Source: Octopus sinensis (taxonomy: Eukaryota). From it: DNA of 64,000 nucleotides. The stretch lies in contig NC_043003.1 in assembly GCF_006345805.1 (NCBI RefSeq), positions 74,338,001-74,402,000 of the forward strand, written 5' to 3'. Shown here piece after piece: positions 13,236 to 25,975 of the stretch (positions are counted from its first letter, which is position 1; every line of letters begins with the position of its first letter). Position numbers and translations under genes: made by a program. Under the pieces are notes generated by a model, which did not search any database, was not told the origin of the DNA, and was given only the letters and a program-made list of their open reading frames with translations.

Positions 13236-14077
13236 CCTTTAATCTGTTGCAATCACTTGCCGAGATACACGTAGCACCCTAGAGCAAGAGAAGGATGACA
13301 TGTTACCCAATAACCGAAAACTTGGTGATAGGAATTGGCAGGGGTAGTAGCGAAATATCTCCACGTCTTCATGACACAATTGGAGACAAAGTTAATGGAA
13401 ATATTCAAATCTCTCCCCACTCATGAAACAGTTCCATGGTCACGGTTCGTAGATGATGTGTTAAATTGTACGCAAAGGTGCGCAGGATAGTTACAAAGAA
13501 GAACATTACAGTTTTTCAAAGGAAGGAAAATAATTGCATAAAATAGACTGAATCTAGGATTTACAATTTTGTGTGCATTGTTACTAATGATATATGCGTG
13601 AGTGCGTTTGTGTGTGATGTTCCTTGCAATAACAACATCTAAAGACGAGAGATTCAACAGGTATGAGCTACGTAATTGTGCCTTTCACAAGGTATTGTGT
13701 TTTTGTAAAACGCAGACAGGAATATAGGTCAACAAATGTAATATCATGTTTAATTTCAATAGCAGATCATACTTAAGACAAAGAGTACGCAGTATAATTC
13801 TCCTACATACTGCTTGTTGGAGAGCATTTCAGCGCGTTATAATTCACCTACGATAAAAACGAACGACTTAAACCTCTTCAGATACATGCGTGGAGTCTCA
13901 GTTCAAGCTTTCTGAAGTATCGTTCAAGCATGTGTGCACTTATATACATCGTATATTGATTGAATATGCAGACGTCTGGATGCTTATTGTTAATTTCAAT
14001 GCAAAACAATGACATGCTCAGGCATAAAGAGTCGCCCGCGCGCACAGACATAGACACAAGCAAACACACAGAGGCAC

Positions 14078-14088
14078 ACATACATACG

Positions 14089-14176
<88 letters not shown>

Positions 14177-14265
14177 ATACATGCCTACATACATGCTTAT
14201 ACACATACTTCCTTATTCATGCTCACAAGCTTACACACAGACAGCCATATGTGTGTGTACATATA

Positions 14266-14320
<55 letters not shown>

Positions 14321-14930
14321 CCACACGTACCCCCACTCACACCCCCACACAGACACATACACACGCACACATACACACACACATACACACATATATACAT
14401 ATATGTGTAAATATAACATTACTTATACATACATGCATGTATCTTGCTGTAAGGGTATGAGTGTGGAAGTATGTTTTACTGTTTGTCTGTACTACAATAA
14501 CCAATGAGATTTCACCACATGCTTTATCAGGTGAATAAGGAAGCTTTTTGGAAATATATTTATGTAATTCCGTTTTCATAAGGATAATCAATACTGTTGC
14601 ACTTATATTTGGCCATATATGTATTAACCGTATCTGCTCATAAATATAAAAATTATTATACATATATTCGCCCATATGTATGTGCACACAAGGCATACAT
14701 ATATGCATTCAATTACTTAGTGTATGCGTGTCTGTATGTATATATACATATATACATACCTACGTACATGCATACGTACATACATACATACATACATGCA
14801 TGCATACATATATACATACATACATACATACGTACATACAGATATATAAATGTACATAGACACGTAAATTCACACAAACGCACGCTCATGCTGATATGCG
14901 TGTGTATGTTTTGCTATACGGAAAAAAGGA

Positions 14931-14961
<31 letters not shown>

Positions 14962-15150
14962 CATACATATACATATATATACATATATATACACACACAC
15001 ATATATATATATATACATATATACATACATACATAAATTCATATATTTATATATATACATATAAACACGCGCACACACAGACACTCACATATATATATGT
15101 TTATATTTATGTATGTATGTATGTATATATGTATGTATGCATATATGCCA
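14078..15150. repeat. Compound (TA)n/(CA)n/(TACA)n low-complexity tract
   Basis: Directly visible; source of the YIYI/HTHT ORFs. Confidence 0.9.
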
Positions 15151-15892
15151 TATAACATATGTTTGTGCGTCGGTTACGTTTGAATGAGTGTACTTGCATG
15201 CATGTTAATCTCTCCCGTTCATTTCTCAATGGAGACAACACCGTATATAACTACCTTCCTGCAGGAAATCGGATGAGGAAGCGCATGAAAGCAATTGTAA
15301 TAGCTAACAGAGAGTTATAGTAATAAAATTCTATTGTAGGAAACACAACAAATGGATTGATGAAAAAAAAATCTAACTATATGAAAGCAAATCAACAGAC
15401 AGCATTATTATTCATATATAGATATAAAATTTCTTTGTCTCGCGGAATATATTACAACAAAATATTGCTTTTAACAACAAAGTGTTCTTTCGTTACTTCC
15501 ACAATAGTCTGATAACAGTTGCATTCACTAAACAATTAATTAAAACAGTACACTTTGGAACGATATACCCTCGTATTTTCGCTATTTTGCTTTCTGTTTT
15601 AAGTCAGTCATTTGGATAGAAAAAGGATGTATATAAATAAGATTTACGGACGCAAACTATTATCTTTTAATGTAATTTTAGTAATTTTAATACGTGGTCA
15701 CACATGTGTGCCAATATGGGTGTGTGTGTATGTGTGTATGAGGAGGTTATGTCCGCCCGTGCGCGCGCATTGGAATACATAATGAAGGCCTGGCCGAGGA
15801 AAAGAGATGTACATTAATATGAAATCGTAGTAAAGATTAATGAGGTGTATATAAAAACGAATACTCATGCAAGGTATGAAATATGTAACAAT

Positions 15893-15899
15893 CTCTCTC

Positions 15900-15966
<67 letters not shown>

Positions 15967-16180
15967 GTTTGTCTGTCTGCCTCTCAGTCGGTCTGTATGT
16001 CTATTTATTTATCTATGTATCTGTCTATGATCTAAGTAGCTATCTATACGTACAAATACGCATTCAAATATGTGTGTGTGTATGTGTGTGTGTATGTGTG
16101 TGTGTATGTGTATGTGTGTGTTTATGCGTGTGTATGTGAAGGTGTAAATGTGTATGTGAATGTGTATGTGTGTGTGTGTT
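15893..16180. repeat. (ATCT)n then (TG)n-type microsatellites
   Basis: Directly visible. Confidence 0.9.
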
Positions 16181-16249
16181 ATTCATAACATCTAGAGGTA
16201 TGTGCTACACTTCCATGCACCAAAGTAAATATCGCCTTGTCCTGGAGGA

Positions 16250-16607
16250 AGAGATGTCATGAGTCGGTATCCAATGATCACCTGGTGTTCCGATCCTGAA
16301 CCTTAACACCAAAAGTGATGAAGTCATTGGTCTCCCCCCCCCCTTGACTTCCAAACTAATTCTGCTATATTGCCTAACAACTAGCAGGAGTCTCTTTCTG
16401 CTACCTCACCTACGCTGCGCTCTGCTGCTTTTGCCTCTGCTACTTTGAAACCAATGAGTGTGAGCATCCCCAAAAAAGACTTGCCACGGAAAACTGCAAA
16501 AACTCATGACTGCTGTCCTTCCTCCATTAAATCCCGTAGAGTACTCTCTTAAATTGTACGCTTCTATTCAAAGGCCGGTTGACACACTTCTCCCAAGGAG
16601 ACTGGTA
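16250..16607 (-). mobile_element. Hero-like RLE non-LTR retrotransposon, decayed 3' end
   Basis: SPWE/EVCQPAFE*KR (cf. TVPWEExxxEAxERK) and KAAERSVGEVAERDSC*LL (cf. AAExASxWLW), followed by a 3' UTR-like segment. Confidence 0.6.
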
Positions 16608-16687
16608 TAATATAATATAATACAATATATAATATAATATTGTGCATATATATATATATATATATATGCACAATATTACATTATATA

Positions 16688-17045
16688 TTGTTTGGCAAGA
16701 AGCTTGCTTCCTAACAGCATGGTCCCGGGTTCCGTCCCACTGCATTGCACCTTGGGGACGTGGCTTATACTATAGCCTCGGGCCAAACAAAGCTTTGTGA
16801 GTCTATATGTTAGACGCAAACTGAAAATGGCCTGTCGTATATATGTGTATGTGTTTTTTTTTATGTGTCTGTTTTTGCCACCACCCCCTCGTCTCACAGC
16901 CGATATTGCGGTGGTTTGTTACAAAGAGACCAATGTAATAAGTACTAAGCTTACAAATAATAAATTTTGGAGTCGATTTATTCGAATAAAGGTTGTGCTC
17001 CAGCATGGCCACAGTCAAATAAGTGAAGCAAGGACATGAATAAAC

Positions 17046-17048
<3 letters not shown>
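16688..17048 (+). mobile_element. tRNA-derived SINE family C
   Basis: Head GGCAAGAAGCTTGCTTCCTAAC...GGGTTCCGTCCCACTG...CACCTTGGG; tail GTGCTCCAGCATGGCCACAGTCAAAT. Confidence 0.85.
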
Positions 17049-17097
<49 letters not shown>

Positions 17098-17099
<2 letters not shown>

Positions 17100-17146
17100 T
17101 CTTTTACTTATTTCAGTAATTTGACTGTGGCCATGCTGGAGCACCG
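17098..17146 (-). mobile_element. SINE family C 3' tip, inverted, tail-to-tail with the preceding copy across (TA)n
   Basis: TTTGACTGTGGCCATGCTGGAGCAC is the reverse complement of 16995-17019. Confidence 0.85.
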
Positions 17147-18179
17147 CTTTATATGTACATATATGCACACACACACACAATCACACACATAAATACATAT
17201 ACGTTCATACATACATATTTACACATATAATATATTATAATATTATAGTATATCATATCATATATATTATATATTTGCTGATATATTTCAATTCATGTAT
17301 GTACCTATGTCTACACATATCCGTAGATGTATGCCAGAACTGACGAACAGTGTTATATAAATTTCCTTTCAACAACATCATTGAGTCCCACTATCTAACT
17401 AGCCACATCACTGTACGAGTATAAATACACACGAACGTATAGACAGATGCGTACACAACAGCTTACACACACAAACGTCTTTGTGCGTGTTTATCGATTC
17501 TAAGTGCGTCTGTTTTTCTTGACTAGCCACTGGTCCTTCTTGTTCTATATGACAATAAGTGGCATTGTCTCCCGAAGACAAAAGCAAGTACACTATTGTT
17601 GATGGTCATTAGAGCAAACCATTCGGCTCTCTGCGATCAATAGACATCAAATTAACACTGCTTCAGAGGAAATTGATATTCGTGATGAAAACAGAATTTA
17701 AACATAGAATAGTATCAAATATACAGAGACACGTCACAAATTTGTAGTCATGCGTCCCAGCTATTCAATTCTATATTGATATATATATATATGTGTGTGT
17801 GTATGTGTGTGTATGTATATATATATATATATAATATATATATATATATATACACAAACAAGACTACACGGGTATTTTTGTTTGTACGTATAAGCGTATG
17901 TGTCTGTACTCATGTGCTCGTGTTTGTGCGTTTTTGTGAGGGTGTTTTTTGTGAGGATATGTTAATGTTTGTGTGTGTGCGCGCTTGTGTGTGTGTGTGC
18001 AATTATGTGTTTATATAAGTATGTATGTATGTACGTATGTTTATACATGTGTGTGTATATATATATACATACGTATATATACATAAAAATATACATATAT
18101 ATATATATTATATATATATATATATACATACATACTTATACATGTACATACATACACACACACACACCCATATATATAC

Positions 18180-18224
<45 letters not shown>

Positions 18225-18999
18225 CACACATTTGAATATATATACATTTGTATCTACATAATCACACTCGCAAATACAATGACTCGCTTGTACACAGTAT
18301 AACAATATATTCTGTACATAGTGATAAACTTCGATCAACTGCGATTATTCAGGCAATTGCCCGTCGAAGACTCCCGCAGGGAACTTTCTATAACTGACTA
18401 CCTTCCGTTAGACTTTCGTTGCATCTCAGTCACTTAGTTGTAATTCATAATAAACATTACTATCAAGTAAAAAAATATTGATGATCAGAAGTCTTCATAT
18501 CTTCATCTTATTTGTTATAAATATTACATTCATTAAAAATAAAGATTGCAGGTAATAACTTTAGTCGTTGCTTTTATTGGTATAGTCCCCGCATGACATA
18601 TGTGGAATCGTTCACGATATATGGTTATTATACAGAAACCTTACTCGTGTTATTTTTTTTTGTTTTTGTTTTTATATATAAATCAACAGCATTTTGGAAA
18701 TTGATATTGCGGCGAGCTGGCACGCCACACAGCAGTATTTCATCTGCTTTTACATACTAAATGTAACTTCAGGCGTGGTTGAACTTTCCTTTCATCATTT
18801 CGGGTCAATAAAATACGTACCAGTTGAGTACTTGAATCGCAGTAATCATTTTAGCAACACTCTGAATTTGTGGGCCTCGTGACAAAATTTGGAACCAGTA
18901 TTATTGAAATTAATTATCAAGTAATTCGTCCTTACTTCTTTTCTTATCTCTCATTATCAATATATCTCCAACACATTTAGACCCGTTTGTGTTGAGTGC

Positions 19000-19088
<89 letters not shown>

Positions 19089-19113
19089 AATATAGAATTT
19101 AAGATATATAATT

Positions 19114-19343
19114 ATAAAATATAATTACAAAGGCAGGCTCTGGAATTCTATCGCCTATACGCTAAAAATAGAAGTTTACAATCTACAAACCACACTAATA
19201 ATAGTTCTCTAGTTATAATTTTTTAAAATCTGGCCTATTACCTCGCACCCGACATTTCCTTATAAGAGTAGTTCGTAACTATTTGACTTCTATTTTTAGA
19301 TGGTGTTGGAATTCCAGAGCCCTTATTTATAATTATATTTTAT
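19114..19343. mobile_element. About 230-bp element with imperfect 60-bp terminal inverted repeats (MITE-like or fold-back)
   Basis: ATAAAATATAATTA...GGCTCTGGAATTC...CTAAAAATAGAAGT (19114-19175) versus ACTTCTATTTTTAG...GAATTCCAGAGCC...TAATTATATTTTAT (19286-19343). Confidence 0.7.
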
Positions 19344-19639
19344 GATTATATATTTAAAAAGCAAGAAACGACTTTTACCGATAACGTCACTTTTTATACG
19401 GTAGCCGCTGATATAATCATTTTAATGATACTCTGTGTCACACTGAATCTCCCCGAGAACTACGTTAAGGGTACACATGCCTCTGAAGTGCTCAGTCACT
19501 TGCACGTTAATTTCACAAGCAGACAGTTCTGTTGAACGGATCAACTGGAACACTCGTCGTCGAGGGAGTTTCACAACATGTATGTAGATATATATTTATG
19601 TGTGTGTAGGTGTGTGTGTGTGTGTGTGCCTGTCTGTCT

Positions 19640-19858
19640 GTCTATATTTGTGCTCCCTCCACCGCCATAGCTTGGTAACAGTTGACGGTGTGTTTATATC
19701 CCCGTAAATTAGCAGTTTGGCAAATGCGATCGATCAAAAAATTACTAGGCTTACGAAGAACAAGTCGTAGTGCTGAAATCTTCGACAAAAACCATTTGTG
19801 GGGATGCTCCAGCATGACCGCAGTCAGATGACAGAAACACGTAAACGAATAAAAGAAT
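19640..19858 (+). mobile_element. SINE family C, 3' half
   Basis: GGTGTGTTTATATCCCCGTAA...TGCTCCAGCATGACCGCAGTCAGATGAC. Confidence 0.75.
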
Positions 19859-20460
19859 ATACAATAATGCAGACAGGCAAAATAACTTATACAGTAAAAT
19901 GGAATATTTATCCATAATTTTGACTGCGAAACGATCGTAATGTTATGAATATAAACTGGAAATAAATATATTCATCGCATATCTCCTGCCTTTCTTTATA
20001 TTTTATATTTTATATACCCCTATTGAAATAGTCATTAGTAAGTGCATTTACTGTAATTCAGCTGCATAGGATTATACATTGCACCACTCAGTTTATGAAT
20101 AAAATCAAAGAGGAAAAATTCAGTTGCAAGGTTTTATATTGCGTATAGCCGCCCTCGTTGTTTTATAATTTCCACATTTGCTAAAACAGCCATAAATTCC
20201 GATGGCAAATATAGATACTGACAGTCAGAGTTTAGCCAAACCATCCACCGATGGACTAGTCCATTATAGTGATCTAGCATCGCTGTGTGGGCGGTTATCT
20301 CCCCTGTCAGTATTTGAAAATATGCTTCTTTGCGGCTATTTAGGCTTTTGAACTCTTATCTCCAGCAATATTGGAGGTGGAGCCCGGTTGGAGACCGGCA
20401 CCCTTAGTCGCAATTAGTGACAATTGACATTTCCGTGTCTGGTTTTATAATATGCTTTTG

Positions 20461-20481
20461 TTATTATTATTATTATTATTA

Positions 20482-20574
<93 letters not shown>

Positions 20575-20602
20575 ATAACAATAATAATAATGATGATAAT
20601 GA
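20461..20602. repeat. (TTA)n(TAG)n(TAA)n microsatellite
   Basis: Directly visible. Confidence 0.95.
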
Positions 20603-20614
20603 TAGTATGACTAA

Positions 20615-21110
20615 GACGTTGAACTGGCGGCCGGGCAATATACTTAGCGGTATTTCGTCCGTTTTCCACTTCTGAGTTCAAATTTCGCCGAGGTCCACTC
20701 TGTTATTTATTCTTTTCTAGTGGATGAAATAAGTATCAGCTGAATATTGGGATCGATGTAACCGATTTGACCCTTCCCCTATAATTGCTGGGCATGTTTC
20801 AAAAATTCAGAGTAATATTATCATTAGAGCAGCAAGCTGTCCGAGGCCTTGGTACGCCCAACAAAATGCTTGGCGTTATTTCGTTCATTTTTACGTTCAA
20901 TGTTGAAATACTACTAGGGTTGATGTTGCTTTACATAATTTCAGGGTCGATGAAATAATTGCCAAAATTGCTGCACTTGTGCTAAAATTTGAAACCATTA
21001 AGTGATGAACGGTAAAGTCGACCTCAACGGATTTTGAACTCAGAACTTAAAGACAGATAAAATTCTGCTAAGCATTTTGCCTGACGTGCCAATGGCTCTT
21101 CCAGCTCTAC
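20615..21110. mobile_element. Cluster of three SINE family B copies (+, +, -)
   Basis: TTAGCGGTATTTCGTC...TTCTGAGTTCAAATT at 20644-20685, a second + copy at about 20830-21000, and an inverted copy at about 21005-21110. Confidence 0.75.
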
Positions 21111-21134
21111 ACTTATGATGTTTTTTTTATAAAT

Positions 21135-21381
21135 GTGGCCTTTTAAAGCCTAGCCAGGCTTATGGGCCCGGTTTCCCGGTTTCTATGGCGCATGTATTCC
21201 CCAGCTGGACTATACGCCAATCCATAGCAGCGTTACTCATTTTTTCCAGCTGAGTTGACTGGAGCAACCTGAAATGAAGTGTTTTGCTCAAGAACACAAC
21301 GCGTCGCCCGGTCCAGGAATCGAAATCACAATCTTACGATCATGGTGCTCACATCCTAACCACTAAGCCACGCGCTTCCAC
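21135..21381 (-). mobile_element. tRNA-derived SINE family D with a CORE/Deu-like central block
   Basis: Minus strand: A box TGGCTTAGTGG, B-box-like GATTTCGATTCC, then GTGTTCTTGAGCAAAACACTT. Confidence 0.8.
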
Positions 21382-22259
21382 ACACCTATGAATTGCAAAC
21401 ATTAAATTATATTTCAGCGCCGCTTACACCGGCTGACAAAGTGTTCATCTGTACCCTTGAATGGCACAACCGTATCACGTTATGTCACCATTTTCGCTGA
21501 CCATCAGCTGCATCCTAACATCGCACCGAACCTGGAACAAAAATCAATCGAACCGATATAGAATAATATTGGAAAAACAGCCATTGATGTCGAAAAATCA
21601 AGCGGGCTACAAAGACATTAGCTATTAGGGAGAACAGCAGAATTTGTAACAAATAACACTTGACATATCCAACATTGGATGTGTTGTCTAGATAGCCTTT
21701 AAACTGTTATTAACGGCCAGAGATAATATCTCTTATTGACGACTTTTCCTCATTAAACACTGATTATATCGGCTATAAATTATATTATATCGGTTCATGT
21801 GATTCTTGTTGTTCTCGTTGTAGAGTTTGGTGCGAGCCTTGTTGTCGCTGATAATCCACAAAAATCAACTGCTACGGTAGTGTCATTCACCGTTGCTGAC
21901 GATCGCTTCATTAACTGATATGGCGATTGCTTAATGATATCTCTATGTGCTAATAGCCGTTGAAAGGCGATATAAACTACATCACTTTCACTGTATTTCC
22001 AAAGAATGATTAATGCAATCTTTGTTACCACTGTTTCCGTAACGTGCTTCTGTGGAATATCTTTTCATATTTCCAGACATTTGTGCAGTCAAACACGTTT
22101 CTGTACTTGCAGTTCCAGTTTTAATATTCTAATAATTTTCTTCTGCTCTTTTATTTTTTTTTATATATACAATAACATTTATACATTACCACAACCGTTA
22201 GCATTGTTCAATGTATTTCTAATACCGTACTTCATTACTATCTTGACATTGTGTTGCTA

Positions 22260-22780
22260 TAAGAAGCAGTCATTTGAACACAGCTGCGCTGCTCATATTC
22301 CATTGCAATGGGTATGCGAGATAGAAGGTGAGGAGTTCATCTCTGCGATAGATATAGCAGAGCAAAAAAGTGAAATAACACTGATTAGTAGGCGAGACGT
22401 ATGATACTGATTCGAAGTGGTACATGGGGAGTGATGTGCGGTTACATAACCAAATAAGGAGCAGACGTTTGGTAAGAGAATCGGCCAGATTGCGCTTAGT
22501 CACTTCAATTTATATGAGGTAAGAAATATCAGTAAATGGATTTTCCAGTTTCGGGGGTAAAATGGACAGTGTTAACGAAAAGAAGTTGTTTCGTTGCAAG
22601 TAGTTTGGTCGTGCAGTTTATATAGTGTTTATTGCAAGCCAGTTAGTTGAGTTGTACTACAGAGGACTAGGGAACAGAGCAAACAGCCTGGATCAGGTTA
22701 GTAGTGTTGAAAGGTCATGACAGTGTACAATGAGTAAGACAAACTCTGAAACATGGAATGACTTTGAAATGTAAGAAATG
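22260..22780 (-). mobile_element. Decayed CR1/Jockey-group LINE, RT C-terminal relic
   Basis: Fragments ATKQLLF, WKIHLLI and LLTFYLAY...MEY resemble the KTQ / WxxHI / LYKAQVRPxMEY motif series. Confidence 0.4.
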
Positions 22781-24209
22781 AGAAGTGATCAAAATGACTG
22801 GTTTGAATATTTAGTGATTTTCTCAGCTATAGCCAGACAAATATTGACTCTGGAAGTAAACCCTGCGCATATCAACACCAAATGGAGGATACCAGAAACG
22901 TTTAACCTTTGCATTAACAACAGCAAATGCTTGGATGAAGAAAGAAAAACACCGAAGAATTCCTTTACAAAGACGGCTACCTATTTAATACAATTGAATT
23001 TTGTTGTCCCTGACGTCATGAGCGTAACAGCTGAGCGTAAACTAGGATAATGCACCATAAATATAAATATAGCATCTCCGTCATCGTTTTTTCCTCCGCA
23101 ACATAATCCGATGAATTATGATGAGATTTTCCTCAAATTTGATATATACAAGCCTATACACGACTATGTATTCGCAAGACCAAGTTTATATCCTGTTATA
23201 CAGTGGCAGTGTATGTATGTATGTATGTATGTATGTATGTATGTATGTATGCATGTATGTATGTATGTATGCATGCATGCATATATATACATATATATAT
23301 ATAGAACAAAAACGCACAGATATTGTTGACGCAACATCAGAGAACGTGAAATAATTATTTTTCATAATATTGCCTTCTGAGACACATGACATAGAACTGT
23401 GAACAACGGCTTGAAGGATATTAGATTAAAAGACTTTGGAAAAGAAGTCGAAGGCAGCTTTCGATCTTTCATTCCAAACGATTTTTCAACCAAGTATTTA
23501 CATACTATTATTTAGCTTTATATGATGTGCCTCCAGAGCTAATTTTACACGCACACACACATAAATGTGCATATATATATACGCACTTATATATATATAT
23601 AGCTCAGAATAAAGAGGTATGTACTTATGTGCATATAGATTCATTTGTATACGCATTAACCATATTTCTGATTAGATTTCGATAAAATAAATTGAAAAGT
23701 ATATTTAAGTAGTTTTACTATTTCCTCAAAAGACCTATATCGTCCTTTTCAAACTGTAGCTTCCTCTTATGCATTGAGGTCCCCCGTTCTTTCCGATCTT
23801 TATCTCACTGAAAATTTCTAAATATTGGTTTTTTCGATTGCCTTTTTTACCCATTGTAATCTATAAATGAGATAAATACTGCGTATTGATTTTCTGAAAT
23901 TTTCAAAATTTTAAAAGGCTTTATATCATATAAGCGTATGTTGCTTTCAGAAAGCGATATTTTGTGCGTAGTGGATGCTGTTGATTGCGCGCTGATATCG
24001 CTTAAATTTTTGCGATTTGGAAGATTTCAATAACGATTAGTCATTCAGTGATGATTAATGAAAATGATGATGATGATAGGATGTAGAAGAAGAAAAAGAA
24101 GAAAAAGTAGTAGTAGTAGTAGTAGTGGTGGTGATGGTGGTGGTGGTAGTAGTATTAGTAGTGGTGATGGTGGTGGTGGTAGTAGTAGTAGTAATAGTAG
24201 TAGTAACAA

Positions 24210-25170
24210 TGGTTTCAAATTACAGCACAAGTTCAGTAGTTTCGAGAGAGAGGGGGGAAATCGATTACGTCGGTGCCAGTAATCAATTGGCTCTTATTTT
24301 GTTGACTTCGAAAAGATGAAAGGCAAAGCCGACCTAGACAGAATTTGAACTTAGCATATAGAGGAACGAAATGCCTTTAAGCATTTTGCCCGGTGTATTA
24401 ATGATTCTACCAGCTCGTCGCCTAGAGATATTAACAATATTATTATGTAAAAATTTGGGACAAGTCCAGCAACTCCAGTGAAGCAGGTGCGTCATTTAAA
24501 TCGACCCCAGTTTTCAGCTGGTATTAATTTTATCGACTCTGAACTGATGAAAGTTAAAGTTGATCATAAAGTCTCTATAATGGAACGCGAAAACACGTTT
24601 GTCAGAAATCCTGTCCTCACTGACAGTAAGAACATCCATGGCAAGTGACCTGAGGTCGTTGAGGGAGAAACCCCTTTTTCAGGCCAACCCAGGCGTTCAC
24701 ACCTCCTACTTTCCGCTATGTCTTTACATTTTGAGTTCAAATTCCGACGAGGTGGATTTCGCCGTTTGTCCTTTCGTGGTCGATAAATTAAGTACCAGTG
24801 GTGTAATGGGTCGATCTATTCGACTGGCCTCTCACCTCAAATGTCGGCCCTTGTGTCTGGAGTAGAAAAAAATAAATCTCTTCCTGTTTGCTGTTCGTAC
24901 GATATAACGTTTACAGTAGATGTGAAATTGGATCAGCATTTATAATGCGTATAAATAGAAAGGAACCTACAATATAATGTTTGTTACAAATTCCGGCACA
25001 GGCCCAGAATAGGGTGCTCAACTGATACTGATATTTTATCGATCCCAAAAAGATGAAAGATAAAATCGACCTCGGCAGAATTTCACCCCAAGCCGTAAAC
25101 AAGGACGAAGTGCCAAAGGGCCAAAGTGCGTTTTGAACGGAGTGCTAACGTGTCTGAGAGCTTACCGCTT
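24210..25170. mobile_element. Cluster of SINE family B partial copies (-, -, +, -)
   Basis: GATGAAAGGCAAAGCCGACC at about 24315, AAATCGACCCCAG at about 24498, GAGTTCAAATTCCGACGAGG at about 24733, GATGAAAGATAAAATCGACCTCGGCAGAATT at about 25052. Confidence 0.75.
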
Positions 25171-25202
25171 CAAGTTCAACTATATAATATTAAGAGTCAT
25201 GA

Positions 25203-25434
25203 GGACGACGAGCTGGCAGAATCGTTAGCACGCCAGGCGAAATGCTTAGCGGTATTTCGTCTGCCGTTACGTTTTGATTTCAAATTCTGCCGAGGTCGAC
25301 TTTGCTTTTTATCCTTTCGGGTTCGATTAAACAAGTACCAGTTACGCACTGGATTCGCTGTAATCGACTTTATCCTTTTGTATGTCCTTGTTTGTCCCGT
25401 CTATGTTTAGCACCCTGTGGGGTAGTAAAGAAAT
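25203..25434 (+). mobile_element. SINE family B, best-preserved copy
   Basis: GGACGACGAGCTGGCAGAATCGTTAGCACGCCAGGCGAAATGCTTAGCGGTATTTCG...GTGGGGTAGTAAAGAAATA. Confidence 0.85.
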
Positions 25435-25576
25435 ATATATTAACAGTCATGATATTTTAAAGCTTCTTTCTTTAGACATACATTAAATAATGGAATTTAT
25501 GTTTCTGAGACGGTAGCTTACTTTTCAAAATGCCTCTTTGTATGAGAAAGCATTTATAATAATATAAATAGTAGAA

Positions 25577-25975
25577 CATGCCTTGCTGAATACCAGGTCG
25601 TGGTTCTCATGGTTCCTTATTTTAACTGACTCGAAGTGGTAACATGTTTTCTCTTCGTGTGAAAGATTGGCTGCAGCAAATATCCTACTGAAGACAACAC
25701 ATTTGTTTGTCAGTTGCTTTATCTCAATACGTAGGACATGTCCCTTAGTGGCTGATGATATGTGTCTCTAATTTTGAGCAGTGGAACCTTGGAAGCATTA
25801 TAGCTGTGTTGAAAGGGAATTTGAGGGGTTTGAATAATTTACATTTGGAAATATGGGTGTTTTGATCATCATCCTAAAAGAAGCCTTATTCAGGGTCCTT
25901 CTGAGCAAGATGGGCTACACGCTCGTAAGAAATTACTAACGGGGCCTAACTACGAGGTCATGTGCTGTGTATCTT
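25577..25975 (+). mobile_element. About 540-bp non-coding repeat (family E), 3'-truncated copy
   Basis: Colinear with 53289-53790 and 54288-54838 (ATGCC.TG.TG...TACCAGG; CATGTCCCTTAGTGGCTGA; CTTATTCAGGG; AGGTCATGTGCTG). Confidence 0.8.

Noticed and set aside
13617-13660. Possible short first coding exon MFLAITTSKDERFN ending at AG|GTATGA
   Set aside because: Too short, no supporting evidence, and expected by chance.
13878-15064. Overlapping YIYI/HTHT ORFs (also at 11.7, 17.8-18.3, 41.8 and 61.2 kb)
   Set aside because: Dinucleotide microsatellite artefacts.
20200-20412. GC-rich structured segment next to (TTA)n, possibly a retroelement 5' UTR or ribozyme remnant
   Set aside because: No complete fold or second copy in the window.
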